A stretch of 60,765 bases of DNA, counting the filler, from Dugesia japonica (taxonomy: Eukaryota), in the NCBI GenBank assembly GCA_001938525.1. It is 5 parts of 5 records of this genome, joined end to end, with 100 filler letters (N's around TTAATTAATTAA, not from the genome) between each part and the next. Parts side by side here need not be neighbours in the genome. Positions count along the whole stretch, not along the records: positions 1 to 10,055 come from MQRL01573860.1; positions 10,156 to 19,197 come from MQRL01646825.1; 3 more parts are not named here. One strand, written 5' to 3'. The first letter of the stretch is position 1. The number at the start of each line of letters is the position of its first letter. A program made the position numbers and the translations under genes. This document shows positions 1-11,693 of the stretch, in pieces. The notes below the pieces were generated by a model, which saw only the letters and a program-made list of their open reading frames with translations, searched no databases and was not told the origin of the DNA.

Positions 1-182
1 AGTATTCACATATATTGATTAACAATAAAATCAATTACAAATAAACGACCGAACCATAAAATATTTTTTGTTGAATTAGAATACCCAACATATACATACA
101 ATTCAAGCATTAAATTAAACATAATTGCAAATACTCAGTAACACGAACCATGAAATCTTTTGTTGAGTTAAATACCCAACAC

Positions 183-242
183 ATGGAAATGTTCCCATTA
201 GGTCATGAAGTGGACATAGACCGAAAATCGTAGCTGGCATGA
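183..242 (+). pseudogene. Orphan cassette gene Z, C-terminal remnant (first cassette copy)
   Basis: Translates MEMFPLGHEVDIDRKS*LA*. It aligns with VEMFPLRCLVNIDSEHYSSA* ending at 5447; both end GCA TGA and lie just upstream of a gene A copy. Confidence 0.5.
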
Positions 243-373
243 TAAATTTTGGTATTACTTGAATGAATAAAGTTTTGTATAATTATTACTTCAATGATTC
301 TGTAATAATTAAACTATATCTAATAAAGTATATTTCGGTGTTCATAACCAGTAAATGACTATTTAATTTTTAG

Positions 374-709
374 TGAATTTCCAATGAGAACAAATCTGGG
401 ATCGACAGACCCAGTGAGTGGTTTTCAGGCACCAAATAACTCCTACAATAGGGACACCGGCGTGCTAGCAGACCGTTCTAACTTGGGGGTAATAGAAGCG
501 GTAGTCGAAAGAATACGAGATTTCGGAGTCAGAACTTTTATTTCTCGGGCGTTCTTCCATGGAGTTTGGTGACCCAATTTTCCTATGGGACTCCACCAGC
601 TCCCACTGGAGTAAGAGCAGCCATTAATAATCTACTATGGCAAATTCAGGAGTCTGAGAACCCTGCAAACTCTGAAAATTCGGAAAACATTGAAAACCCT
701 GGAAATTGA
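374..709 (+). pseudogene. Orphan cassette gene A (first copy), with stops and frameshifts
   Basis: Follows a tttttAG acceptor. Frames give EQIWDRQTQ*VVFRHQ / NSYNRDTGVLADRSNL / TQFSYGTP..RAAINNLLWQIQESENP, then AATAAA at about 727. Homologous to 5600-6045 and 7815-8090. Confidence 0.6.
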
Positions 710-970
710 TATTGATGTTGTTTGAAATAAATGAAGTTGTTTAATTAGTAGCCTAATTGAGACTTTTGTTTCATATCTGGTCATTCTCCTTAGGTTTAGC
801 ATTTGAATAACTACGGTCATCGTAATCTGACATCCTTTTACTTTCAACTATTTTTGTAACTGTAACAGAAATTGCCTGAATTACAACTTAGTCCGTTTTC
901 AGTAATCAATAATCTGATAATCATTGTCGTTGTTTAGTACATTCGTCACTTAATCGATCGGTCGCTCCCA

Positions 971-1297
971 ATGAAAAGATCCGTGAAGACAGTGAGGACA
1001 TCGACATGTCCAGTGAATTTGTACAGGCTAGCAAAGAAAAAGTAGGAAGCCGACACTGCCACGGCAAACGCCAAATCTAAGCGGTATAAAATCAAATGCC
1101 GGGAATACCGACTTGAAGCCGAGGCTTCCCATACGCAAGAATGAGTTTGGAAACGGCAGCTAGAAAGCTTAGCGGAGATGGTAACGTCACTTCATGAACG
1201 AGAAAGTAAATTGGTAGCAGACATTCTATCTCTCCATAAGAAAATACCACTAGAGCCACTTATATTCGATAAATTCACCCAGACCTCCTGTTCCTGA
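971..1297 (+). pseudogene. Orphan cassette gene B (first copy), small helical protein with two internal stops
   Basis: MKRSVKTVRTSTCPVNLYRLAKKK*EADTATANAKSKRYKIKCREYRLEAEASHTQE*VWKRQLESL..KIPLEPLIFDKFTQTSCS*. Homologous to about 8370-8688 and followed by AATAAA. Confidence 0.6.
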
Positions 1298-2199
1298 AAT
1301 AATTATTATGACTACCTTTTGCAAATAAATTTAGTTCCAATTCGAATAAATAAAGTTGTTTCACTTTGCAAACTTCCTTCTAATCTTAATTTTTATTGTC
1401 TCAAACCTAACTTAATACCTAATTGATAATTATGTTTTCTATTTAGTGCCGAGAATACGCCTTTTATGCGTTTGATTTATTTTCAGATATTTTGATAAAA
1501 AAAACAATAATAGTCATACGATATGATTGCGAAGTCAAAATTGATTTTATCAATCACTACGCCTAAACTTATGTATTGAAGCAATGTTAAATGAGAATTG
1601 ATAAAATGAGGAAAAAGAGAAAATTTATTGATCATATTATTTAATAATCTCATAAAACACTTACACCACGGATTTAAATCACGATAATTGAATAGAATTA
1701 TTTATAAAAAGTTAATAATTAAAAAAACAAATAATCGTTAATTTCAATTAAATTTGCATTCTAAATTTATATTTTAAATACTTCAATAACGATTTAATTT
1801 TACGTCAAAAATAAATTAATATTTTCTAAAACTTTTAATCGTAGATAGTTTAAAAACCATTTTTGAAGGAAAAAAAATTTGTAATTGAAATTTTTGTATT
1901 ATTGTTAGTAAAAAATATATTAAAAAAATATTTCATTGCAAATTTCAACATATATTACAAATCCTATGTTGTTTAAAATACTTTAAAAATAACTTTATTA
2001 AATATAACTAATCTTTAAAAACATTTTAATGATCAAGAATTTAATATACTAAGAGTTTGTAAAAAAAATATTTCTAGAACAATTTTTCTAGAAAATATAA
2101 TGACTACAATTAATAAAAAGATCAATGGAAAAGAAAATGAAAACCTCAGATAAACGAATCCAACTCTCATCAATTCCAATAATTAAAGGAAATTATTAT

Positions 2200-2990
2200 A
2201 GTATTAATAAAAGATAAGCAAATGATCAGAAAATAATAATTAATTAATGAAGAAAAAATTAACTAATTTATTGTAAAAAAGAATTAAATTTAGGCAAAAA
2301 TCAGTTTTGATCGAATATCTCCGCCCAGGAAAATCATGGAGACTTGGAAGAAGAAAATCTCAAAAGAAAATATTTAAGGTCAAAAGGATTGTCTAACAAG
2401 AAAATTCCATCATTATCAGATGGACCCTTACAAAGATTTGAAGTGTGGGCTAATAAGGGGCCAGAAAAGAAACATAAAACAACGACCAGAAAATCACATG
2501 ATGAATTAAAAATAGACACCAAAAGAAGTTCTAAAAATCTTAGAAAAAATCTGGAAAAAAAATGGCACCATCGCAATGAGTAGCAAGAATTTCAAATTAA
2601 AAATAGCAGGTCAATATCGATGATGCCGGGTTGTATCAAAAATGGCATATATACCCCCCGAAATTTAGAAGAAAAAACATTAAAAATTTTCATTTACTCA
2701 GTGTAAATCATTGCGTAAAACGTTAACTCCGTTGCATAATACGACTTGTGAACATAAATTGAGAAACGTTCAAAAAAAAATTTCAACAGTTTCAGTGGTT
2801 TATTTATTGTGTGAATAACCAGCGAAATTATTAAATACATTTTAGAAGATTAAAATCGTGACTATCGGACCAGAAATCGACAGAGAAAACAGTTCTGATT
2901 CAGAGAAAAAAATTAAAAGCAATAAAATCAAATATTAAAACAACATCAAAAAGCCTAGCAACCCAACAACAATAATAATAATAATAATCA
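2200..2990 (+). repeat. Degenerate Lys/Asn-rich dispersed repeat family (copy 1)
   Basis: Nucleotide-level similarity to 4000-4620 (-), 6760-7060 (+) and 38170-38560 (-), e.g. gctaataaggggccagaaaagaaaca vs gccaatgagaggatagaaaagaaaca vs actaatgagaggccagagaataaaca. Boundaries are approximate. Confidence 0.5.
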
Positions 2991-3049
2991 TAATAATAAT
3001 AATTATCATAATAATTATGATTATAATAATAATCATAATGATCAAAATC

Positions 3050-3096
<47 letters not shown>
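2970..3096. repeat. (AAT)n microsatellite running into an assembly gap
   Basis: Direct reading. Similar tracts occur at about 9995-10055, 17375-17428, 19128-19197, 24460-24479 and 46682-46728. Confidence 0.95.
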
Positions 3097-3999
3097 NNNN
3101 NNNNNNNNNNNNNNNNNNNNNNNNNNNNNNNNNNNNNNNNNNNNNNNNNNNNNNNNNNNNNNNNNNNNNNNNNNNNNNNNNNNNNNNNNNNNNNNNNNNN
3201 NNNNNNNNNNNNNNNNNNNNNNNNAAAAAAATAAACAAATATTAGGGAAATTAATTAAAGTGCGCAATAAGAGAATTACAATGTCCATCTAAAAAACGGC
3301 TCACTCTTTCTTTTCATACATGCCAACTGAATATAAGAAAACAGACATGTGGATCGCGATATTCATCGTGGCCTAACTACTGCCGATTCGCATAATACAA
3401 GCAAAAATTTTAATTTATGATCAGCGTGAGGATGTGGTCTAATGTAGCGTTGAGTGTATTCCTAATATGATCGTTAGGGGGAATCCGTGCCGGTGTATTA
3501 TCTGTTGTGACAACAGTTAGGCAAAGTTATGTAATCGAATGCATATTACCTATCTTATCCAAGCTGGTACTATCTAAAGGGAGTGTGTGTTTCACAGTAA
3601 TGATAACGATGATTGAGGTGATTCCAGAGTTGATAGTGAATAGAGTGTTGACTACGAGATGGTATTATTGTTTCAGCTGTAGTGAAAATTTGTTTGTAAC
3701 AAAAAGCAGAAAGAACTTGCTTCGTTTCTTAAATGTGTTTCNCATCAAATTCTCCTTGTCGAAAATCCTTTAAGGACATTGTCTACAATGTAGATACAAT
3801 TTAATGAGTGTGGACAATTATTAAGCCAGTTAGTATCGCCGCAAAAAAATTTATGGATCATAATATAATTAAATAAATAAATAAGCATTGGTATATGTNN
3901 NNNNNNNNNNNNNNNNNNNNNNNNNNNNNNNNNNNNNNNNNNNNNNNNNNNNNNNNNNNNNNNNNNNNNNNNNNNNNNNTTGAATTCGCTTGACAAAAT

Positions 4000-4620
4000 T
4001 CTCCTGATGGTTTCTTAATTACTAATTCACTCGTTGAAATTGTGGGTTGATCTCGTTTCCTTTGGTAAATAATCCGATTGATTCAATACTATAATTGCTT
4101 TGCGAACGTTGATGGTTTTACACAAATAATAACACTGATTTAAATTGAAAAATTGCAGAACAATTGACTAAAATTCAGGAGGTTTAAATAGTATTTCTAT
4201 TGACACCCCGATTTGCTTGGCATTAGCCAGCTATTTTTAATTCAAACTTCTGATTTTTCGATGGCGTTGATGCTAATTTTCAGAATTTTTAACAGGTTTT
4301 TTGGCATTCTATTGGTGCCCATTTTTGGAATGGCACATGATAATAATTTCTTTGTTCTAATTATATTTTCAGGTTTGTCATTGCCTCAATCTTCAAATCC
4401 CTGCTGAAGGTCTCCAGATCATGGTTGAGATTTTTAATAACAAAATTCCAATGCCTTAACCGAAATTCTTCTGAGATTTTCTTGAGCCCTCCTCCTGTGA
4501 TTATCTGGAGCGAAGTTATTGGCATAAATTGAATTTTGGCGCAATTTTAATTTATTTTTTTAGTTTAAATTAATTAATTTTTTGTGTAATTATTTATGCA
4601 ATTATTTCCTTCATAATTAT
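4000..4620 (-). repeat. Degenerate Lys/Asn-rich dispersed repeat family (copy 2)
   Basis: The reverse complement matches 2280-2800 in order (caagaaaatctcagaagag, ggcaatgacaaacctgaaaa, tatttaaacctcctgaattt, cagtgttattatttgtgtaaaacc). Confidence 0.45.
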
Positions 4621-5272
4621 TATTTCATCTGCTTATTATAATTGATCCGATTTAATTTAATCATTCGAGCTCTTCGTCTTCATGTTTTGTTCGTTTGATA
4701 ATATGATCTTGATTTTCATACTTGCTATTCTTAATATTTTCCTTCCCGCAGTATTACTCTTTACCTTCTTATGATAATGGACGATTTATGACCCCCTTTG
4801 ATCCTATTTCTCTTTCAACTTGGTCTTTCACCCCAACATTATTAATATTATAATAATTACCATCATCATTATTGTTGCTATGATTATAAAAATCATTATG
4901 ATTATTACTCTTATAATAATATCCATTATTATTATCACTATGATTATTAGTTTTATTATTATTATTAGATACTATCATTATTAGAATTAACATAGTTATT
5001 ATCATCGTTCTTATTGACTCGGATGTTATTTCGACTAACATCAATTTTCCTATCCACGCTAATGTGACCATTAGTTCCACGTATTATTATTTCTACTAAT
5101 ACTAATTTCACTCTCAATGATAACACTATTGGCAATAGTAATGATTTAAATGAACCAGTATTAGCACTAAGTCTAAGGCTTCAAGTTTTAATGAGAATAA
5201 CCTATATTAGTTAATTAAGAGGTTCATAGTTAGATCGAGGTACGATCCATCTTAAACCTTATATTATTTAAG

Positions 5273-5447
5273 ATATGCAGGGTGGATTGAGGAAGGACCT
5301 GCGGACCATCTCCGACAACTCATCGGCCACTTGTTATTTCCCGACTTAGTGGAACACCCCGACGAAACGGACTTACAGTGTTTCGTCGAGATGTTTCCCT
5401 TAAGGTGCCTTGTAAACATTGATTCGGAACATTATTCATCAGCATGA
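5273..5447 (+). pseudogene. Orphan cassette gene Z, last exon (second cassette copy)
   Basis: Open frame YAGWIEEGPADHLRQLIGHLLFPDLVEHPDETDLQCFVEMFPLRCLVNIDSEHYSSA* after a possible 33-bp GT-AG intron (5240-5272). Confidence 0.5.
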
Positions 5448-5599
5448 AGTTTTGACATCGTTTAGTGGTTTACTTTATTTTTGAAAATATAATTTCTGTT
5501 TTTACGTAATCGTTTATTGATCTTAATTCATATTTAAAATATTGATTATCGTTATAATTTTCTTGACTGAATAACCATTGCTTTATAATGTTATAGTAG

Positions 5600-6045
5600 T
5601 GGAACACAAATTGGAGGTCGTGCTTGATCGACGAACTGGCCGCACGATGTTCAAACGTTACAGAAACCTGCATAATTGAGATGATGGGGTACTTATCGAT
5701 AGGGCAAATTTGCCTGCCGAGGATATAGACGACGAGAAAGAATGAGACGCCAATGAGCGGCGAGCATATTATGAGTGGAACGGACCAGAGCGCAACCGTG
5801 TGGTCTTCCCCACGACTACCACCATCCAAACAAATACAAACGGAGAGACACAGGTTATCCGGACATGGCACGAAGGATCATCCGTTACAGGTCTTACTAC
5901 AAATCGGCTACCNTCCTTTTCTAACCAGAGTGCATTCGTGCAGGATCATCTTTGGAGTATCCGAAACTCGGAAGATAGTAATGCCCTGAGAGCTGTCTTT
6001 ACCCCAGCCCTGTTTTTTCTACCCCAAACTCAGGTAGAACTATAA
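5600..6045 (+). pseudogene. Orphan cassette gene A (second copy; longest, single frame with two stops)
   Basis: EHKLEVVLDRRTGRTMFKRYRNLHN*DDGVLIDRANLP..*..VFPTTT..QDHLWSIRNSEDSN..VEL*. Includes the ORF-track entry 5800-6045. Confidence 0.6.
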
Positions 6046-6759
6046 CACAATTAACAAAACTCAAATATTTAGATGATTTTAATTGCTTTTTGATGTGGTC
6101 AAAGAAACTTTGTTGGTGTTAGGAGCNAGCTTCTAACTAACAGTCACATAAAAAATAACTTTAAAAGTATTAAGTTTATCTAATTAACAAATAAACACCG
6201 ATCAATATTGATTTTTAAAAAATCTTGATTGTAAACCTTCTAATTTACATTAAAAAATTTACTTTTTACCTTACCAAGATTTAATTAAATACTTAAATGG
6301 AATGGTTAAAATTATGTAGTTTTTATCTTGGATTTAATAGATTCTGCGTACGAACAAGGAAGGGGTCTCAACTGAATACGTACGTATGCAAAAAATTATA
6401 TTTATCCTTTCTCTGTCCTTCTGACAGAGCGAAGATGCCGTTGGCCCTCCAAGCGTCAACTAAACAAGCATTTATAGTAATGCAACTTGATTATAAAGTC
6501 AGGTTGCCAGATCATTACCTATTGCTAATCGTCATAAATTAATGTTAGGGTGAAACTCGAGATTAAAGATGAAGATTCAACCAAGGACTCAAATATGGGG
6601 CGGTAAAAAGAAGGAATGAAACAGGGGTACTAAGTAAGAATAATTATTATTCGGACAATAAATTATAATAATTAATCAACGAAAGATCGGAGGAAAAATC
6701 TAAATGAATGAAGAAACGACAAGAATAATAAAAATAATAATATCAAAGCAAACTTAATT

Positions 6760-7060
6760 ACCGGAATTATAATTTATAATCGAGATACAAGAAAATTTTT
6801 ATTAAAATTATAATTAAAATAAAAAGAAAAATTAACAAATTTTCTTTGAAAAAAAGAAATCAAATTACGTAAAAATCTTTCAAAGAGGAATATCTTCCCT
6901 CAGGAGAATTGGATGAAGTTTAAGAAAGAAAAACTTGAAAGCTAATATTATTAGGGGAATTGAATTTCTCAATAAAAAAGCCTTATCATTAACAGAAGGG
7001 TCAAGAAAAGGAGTTAAAAATCAGGCCAATGAGAGGATAGAAAAGAAACAAAAAACAAAG
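6760..7060 (+). repeat. Degenerate Lys/Asn-rich dispersed repeat family (copy 3)
   Basis: Colinear similarity to 2200-2490. Confidence 0.45.
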
Positions 7061-7814
7061 TCATAAGTTATTCTGCGTTTAGAAGATTGATAAGGTAGAG
7101 TGATGAGTCAGCATAATCAACAAGTAATTCTGTTTTAATTCAAGATAAATAAAGCATTCATCCAAATTTAAATTGCACTACCCGATAAAAAGAAAATATA
7201 TTTCTATTTTGATTTCTATTTATGATTATAGACCTGTAATTATTACTTGTGATTAATAATTAGCTGGGGAAATTTGCGTTTAGTTTTATAAAGACTATAA
7301 TACTTGTTATAGATATTTTGTTTTTATTTTTAATAAATTTAGATAAGGAAGTGGATTTTGACAGTTTTAGAAATTTATTAGCCTCAAACTTACTGTATAG
7401 ACATACGACATTATCCTATTAATTATCTTTTATATAAATTTGTCCTCTTTAGAACAGTTATGTCCAATATTCTTAGTCACATTAAAATTCATTTACCAAA
7501 AGAGAAAGATCACGGAGAAAACAATTAATAGGGCACCTACTATTTTCCGAAAAGATCCTCTCACCACATGAAACTGACCTTCAGTGTTTTTAAGAACTGT
7601 TTTCTTTCCCATGGGAGGTGGATTTATATCATACTTCTTGACGTTGTTGGCTAGATAACTCTTGTCCATCATATTTTCTAATAAACAATAATCTCTTTTG
7701 TACCTGTAATGGAAACACTTAATAAATTTAAAATTGTTAATTTTTTGCGGAGTGATCCGTTAAAACTTTATTTGGTAGATTTTTCCTTGACTAATGTTAG
7801 AATATTTATTTCAG

Positions 7815-8090
7815 TGGAATACAAAAAATAAAAGATATTCAAACCCCCATAACCGTGACGCCGGGGTGTTAACAGATAACTCTAATCTACCCCATGTCAA
7901 CGCAAAGGTCGCACGAATGAGAAACTACGAAGAGTGACGTAGCTTTTTTAACTGGAGTGTTCCGAATCGTACTCTACCCACACGATTCGTGTACGAAGCA
8001 CCAATGACCACTACCAAAGCACGGGCAATTATTGATAATTATCTGAGTAGTATCAGAGAATCAGTAGACCCAGAAAATACCGAGAACTAA
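7815..8090 (+). pseudogene. Orphan cassette gene A (third copy)
   Basis: After a tttcAG acceptor: EYK..KRYSNPHNRDAGVLTDNSNLPHV..TRFVYEAP..RAIIDNYLSSIRESVDPENTEN*. Confidence 0.6.
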
Positions 8091-8369
8091 ACCTGCTGTC
8101 ATTTGTTATGGGCATTATTAAATATTGTATATTATGGTCGTTGGTGGTTAATTGAGCNNNNNNNNNNNNNNNNNNNNNNNNNNNNNNNNNNNNNNNNNNN
8201 NNNNNNNNTTTTTTTTTAATTCGTTCACTAACATTTTTTATATGTAATTTCCGTTGGACCTTAGCAATCAATTGTGCTCTTAATTAAAAATCAGTCTATC
8301 ATCATTGTTCTACGATTAATAAATAATAGCATTTTGTTTAGTAAATTCCTCTACTACCGGTCTACCGCC

Positions 8370-8688
8370 CACTCTAAGAAGACAGTGAGAATATCGAAAT
8401 GTTCTGGGATCTGTATAGTTTGGCCAAAAGGAAATGAGAGGCAGATACGGCCAATGCTAACTCTAAGGTAAAACTTTACAAAAACAAATGCCGTGACTAT
8501 CAACTTGAAGCTGAGGCTTCCCACGCACATGAACGCGTTGGAAGCGACAAATGCCGTCTATTGCAAATGTTATCCAGTCCCTCTATGACCCAGAAAATAA
8601 ACTGGTATCTGATCTCCTAGACATGCGTAAGCGGATCCCTTTAGAGCCGCTTATGATTGACAAGACAGCTCAAACCTCTAGATCATGA
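8370..8688 (+). pseudogene. Orphan cassette gene B (third cassette copy)
   Basis: KKTVRISKC..LYSLAKRK*EADTANANSKVKLYKNKCRDYQLEAEASHAHERV/WKRQMPS..KRIPLEPLMIDKTAQTSRS*, with frameshifts. Confidence 0.6.
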
Positions 8689-8959
8689 ATATGCGTATTA
8701 TCAAAACGAATGTTGATTGTCTTTTGATGTCAAATAAATTCATTTACTTGATAATTCTTTTTGCATTGTTTATTTGACAGTCTTATGTATTTGAACTTGT
8801 TAACTGACCATTTACTATCTATTTTTATTTAGTGGCTAGAATACGTCTTATCAATAGACCTCTAAAACTTATTTGAGGTGCACATACCTCTACCTTTGAT
8901 TTGGGTTCGATGTTTTCCCTTTAAAGATATTTGTCAATTAAAATTTATTTAGTTTGAAA

Positions 8960-9290
8960 TTACATAATAACGAGAGATCCCGGGTCTAACCACTGGGTAG
9001 ACTCTTCAGGTGAAAAATTAAACGCGCCATCATCATCGTTGTCATCCCAACGAATCCACATCTTATTTCCTAATTGACTAGATAAACCCGATATGTACCA
9101 TTGCAAGAAGTCAATTTTGTGCTGAAGAACCTGTTTAATCTGTTCCGCCAACTTGCTCTGCTTTTTTGCTGTGGTCGAGCTTCTTAATTGTTTCAGGTGT
9201 CATAACAAGGCTCTTTCATTTTGTCGCTTAATGTGACGTTCCAATAACAATTTTTGAATGAGACGATGGCACCTCCGGAGAATGGTGGTT
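8960..9290 (-). pseudogene. Orphan ORF D, convergent on the cassette
   Basis: The frame extends upstream of the ORF-track entry through one stop: TILRRCHRLIQKLLLERHIKRQNERALL*HLKQLRSS..LAEQIKQVLQHKIDFLQWYISGL..WIRWDD. Coding-like GC content. Confidence 0.3.
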
Positions 9291-9995
9291 AAACGAATAC
9301 GTGGCGCGATACAGATAATAATTATGAGATTAACAAATAGACTGAGTGAATTAAATTCAATTGAATAATAAGAATAGCTATCAACTAGATAATCAAAAAC
9401 AAATCAATTCACAATCAAGGAAACTTATATTTACAAGAGAAAACAGATTTGCGTATTCTTATAAACCATCAACGGCTCGAGTGGCATGCACTTCTTTAGA
9501 GTTAAAGTATCTGAGACCAGTTCATTTTCACGGTCATGGAGGGATATGATGATCTCTGCGAAAGACTAACTGGGTCTTCTAGAGTCTCTCCTGAGCGTGG
9601 GAAGCCTGTTTCTTTTCGAAACTTTGTCGTCAGCTCCTCGAATGCAATAACGGCAAAGGAATAAAAATCGAATGATGATAGCAATTCGGTATTCGTACCC
9701 AAAAGGATACTACGATTAAAACCTTTATTTGGATCATAACTCACGTGCTTATATCAGTAATAATAATATTATTACAGATACTATAATTTAATGGAATTCA
9801 TCAATCTAATACTAAGCAAGTCACGAATAAATTTTATTTGTGAAAGATGATGAGATCGATGCCATAATGCTAAAATAATAACGAGAATAACGAGGAAATC
9901 AATAATTCATTGTTAGTATCAAGAATAATATTAATAATAATAATAATTAATAATAATAAAACCCATAATAATTAGTAAAAATAATAATCATAATT

Positions 9996-10055
<60 letters not shown>

Positions 10056-10155
10056 NNNNNNNNNNNNNNNNNNNNNNNNNNNNNNNNNNNNNNNNNNNNT
10101 TAATTAATTAANNNNNNNNNNNNNNNNNNNNNNNNNNNNNNNNNNNNNNNNNNNN
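10056..10155. other. Artificial 100-bp scaffold spacer (44N-TTAATTAATTAA-44N)
   Basis: Identical structure at 19198-19297, 28129-28228 and 49102-49201. The 12-mer is a six-frame stop linker. Confidence 0.95.
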
Positions 10156-10859
10156 TAATAATAATAAAATTAATAATAATAATGAAAGAACGTTTAAATG
10201 GATGCATTAAAATTCTGTCTGTAAAAACTAATTTAATGCTAAATTCTAATATATTAATAAAATTAGAAATAATATTTAATATAAAAAACAATACTCTAAG
10301 ATTAATTTTTCTGAAACGGTTTTGATTTTTTATTGAATGTTTGATACAATCATCTTGTTCAGATTTGAATTGATGATGTCATATATAACAAGAAAAGTTG
10401 TCCTTATTAATGACCTTGTTAATTGGTTACGGTAATCTAACTTGGTAACTGATTCTATAAAACAAAATCACGCTGATCCCAAGTATTATGAATCCATTAA
10501 GATATTATCATACATAACGGATTATTATGTAATAAATTTAATTAACTATTCTATATCAACAAAAGCTTTCCTAAATTTGATAATTAAAATTAAGATACAC
10601 TTAAAACCAAATTATTGATAAAATCAAGTAATAATACGCAATAATGAAGACAGATTCTATCTCTACTTCTTTTTTTTCAATAAAAAATAAAAACAAAAGA
10701 AAATATGCCTGTGTTACTTGACTAATTTGAAATTATTGATTACGTAATGGATATTTTCTATTGGTGTTTTGTAAATTCATTACCTGACGCATTGCAGCAT
10801 TTATATTGAATCAAGTAAGCATTAATTTTTATTTTTTTATTAATTAATTTTTTATAACA

Positions 10860-11693
10860 ATGAAAATTTTGCCTGTGATTGGTTCATTAATATTGACAAT
10901 GTTGTCAATGATAATGCTTTGTCATTGTAAATACGTTGGTGAGTTTACTGAAAGTAAAATTTATCGGCTCGTAAAAAACAGTGAATCAAATGGTATATTG
11001 GTTAAAAATTCAGCGGAAAATATTAATCCAATTTTATTTAATGATCTGATGCCGGAACCTCATAGTTTAAATGAAAATCGATTGAAAAGGATTTTGGGAG
11101 ACAGACTGAATACGATTTGGACGTCTATTAAAGAACCAGTTAATATGGACCAAAGAATTGAACAATCCTATGATTCTATGCTAGAAATCCTGGCTGATTC
11201 GTTAAATTTCACAGAGATTAGAGGTGAAAAACTTTCCCTTTATGCTAAACGACTGCTGCAAAACTGGTTGGTGGATAAGTCAACATGTAAAATTAGATAT
11301 CACTGGGATGATCTTGGTAAATTGTTTTGGCCACGATATCTCAGAAAAGCGATTTGTGTTAATTCCATATCTAATTCATGTTCTTGGCCGCCAGGCATGA
11401 AATGCACACTTTCTGTTCCTGTTCCTGTGCACCACTTGAGATGGACATGTTATAAATCCGAAGAACCACTATATCACAAAAGGCAAAAACGTCAAAATCG
11501 TTTGTATAGAAATGTGAAGAAATCCCACAGAAAAAGACAAATCAATCCGTTATGGAGTCCAGAAAAAAGAGTAAAGCAGTTACGAAAATTATTAAGAAAA
11601 ACCAGCTTATGGAAAAAGGGTTACAATTGCCAATGGAGAATAAATGAAATCAGCCAACTGAGCACTTGTAAATGTGGATGCGAGAAATCGTAA
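10860..11693 (+). CDS. Noggin-like secreted cystine-knot protein (nlg type), intronless
   Basis: Signal peptide; C..W.DLG.LFWPRYLR...C, SCSWPPGM.C, LRW.C, C.W and CKCGC match the nine noggin cysteines. A 59-aa basic insertion between C5 and C6 is the noggin-like hallmark. Confidence 0.92.
   Translation: MKILPVIGSLILTMLSMIMLCHCKYVGEFTESKIYRLVKNSESNGILVKNSAENINPILFNDLMPEPHSLNENRLKRILGDRLNTIWTSIKEPVNMDQRIEQSYDSMLEILADSLNFTEIRGEKLSLYAKRLLQNWLVDKSTCKIRYHWDDLGKLFWPRYLRKAICVNSISNSCSWPPGMKCTLSVPVPVHHLRWTCYKSEEPLYHKRQKRQNRLYRNVKKSHRKRQINPLWSPEKRVKQLRKLLRKTSLWKKGYNCQWRINEISQLSTCKCGCEKS

Noticed and set aside
51-182. Two 40-bp direct repeats (GAACCATAAAAT..TTGTTGA..AATACCCAAC) as a CRISPR-like array
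   Set aside because: Only two copies, in a eukaryotic context with no cas genes. The same motif is dispersed (49240; reverse at about 36960), so it is a TE terminal repeat.
2900-3292. Poly-Ile/Tyr ORFs (also 11750-12072, 24367-24651, 46584-46769, 51959-52216)
   Set aside because: They are translations of (AAT)n microsatellites and N gaps.
5360-5388. Hairpin CGACGAAAC..GTTTCGTCG as a ribozyme or terminator
   Set aside because: There is no CUGANGA core in register, and it lies inside the gene Z reading frame; probably chance.
10100-10111. TTAATTAATTAA palindrome as a biological motif
   Set aside because: It is always centred in a fixed 100-bp N spacer, so it is an assembly linker.
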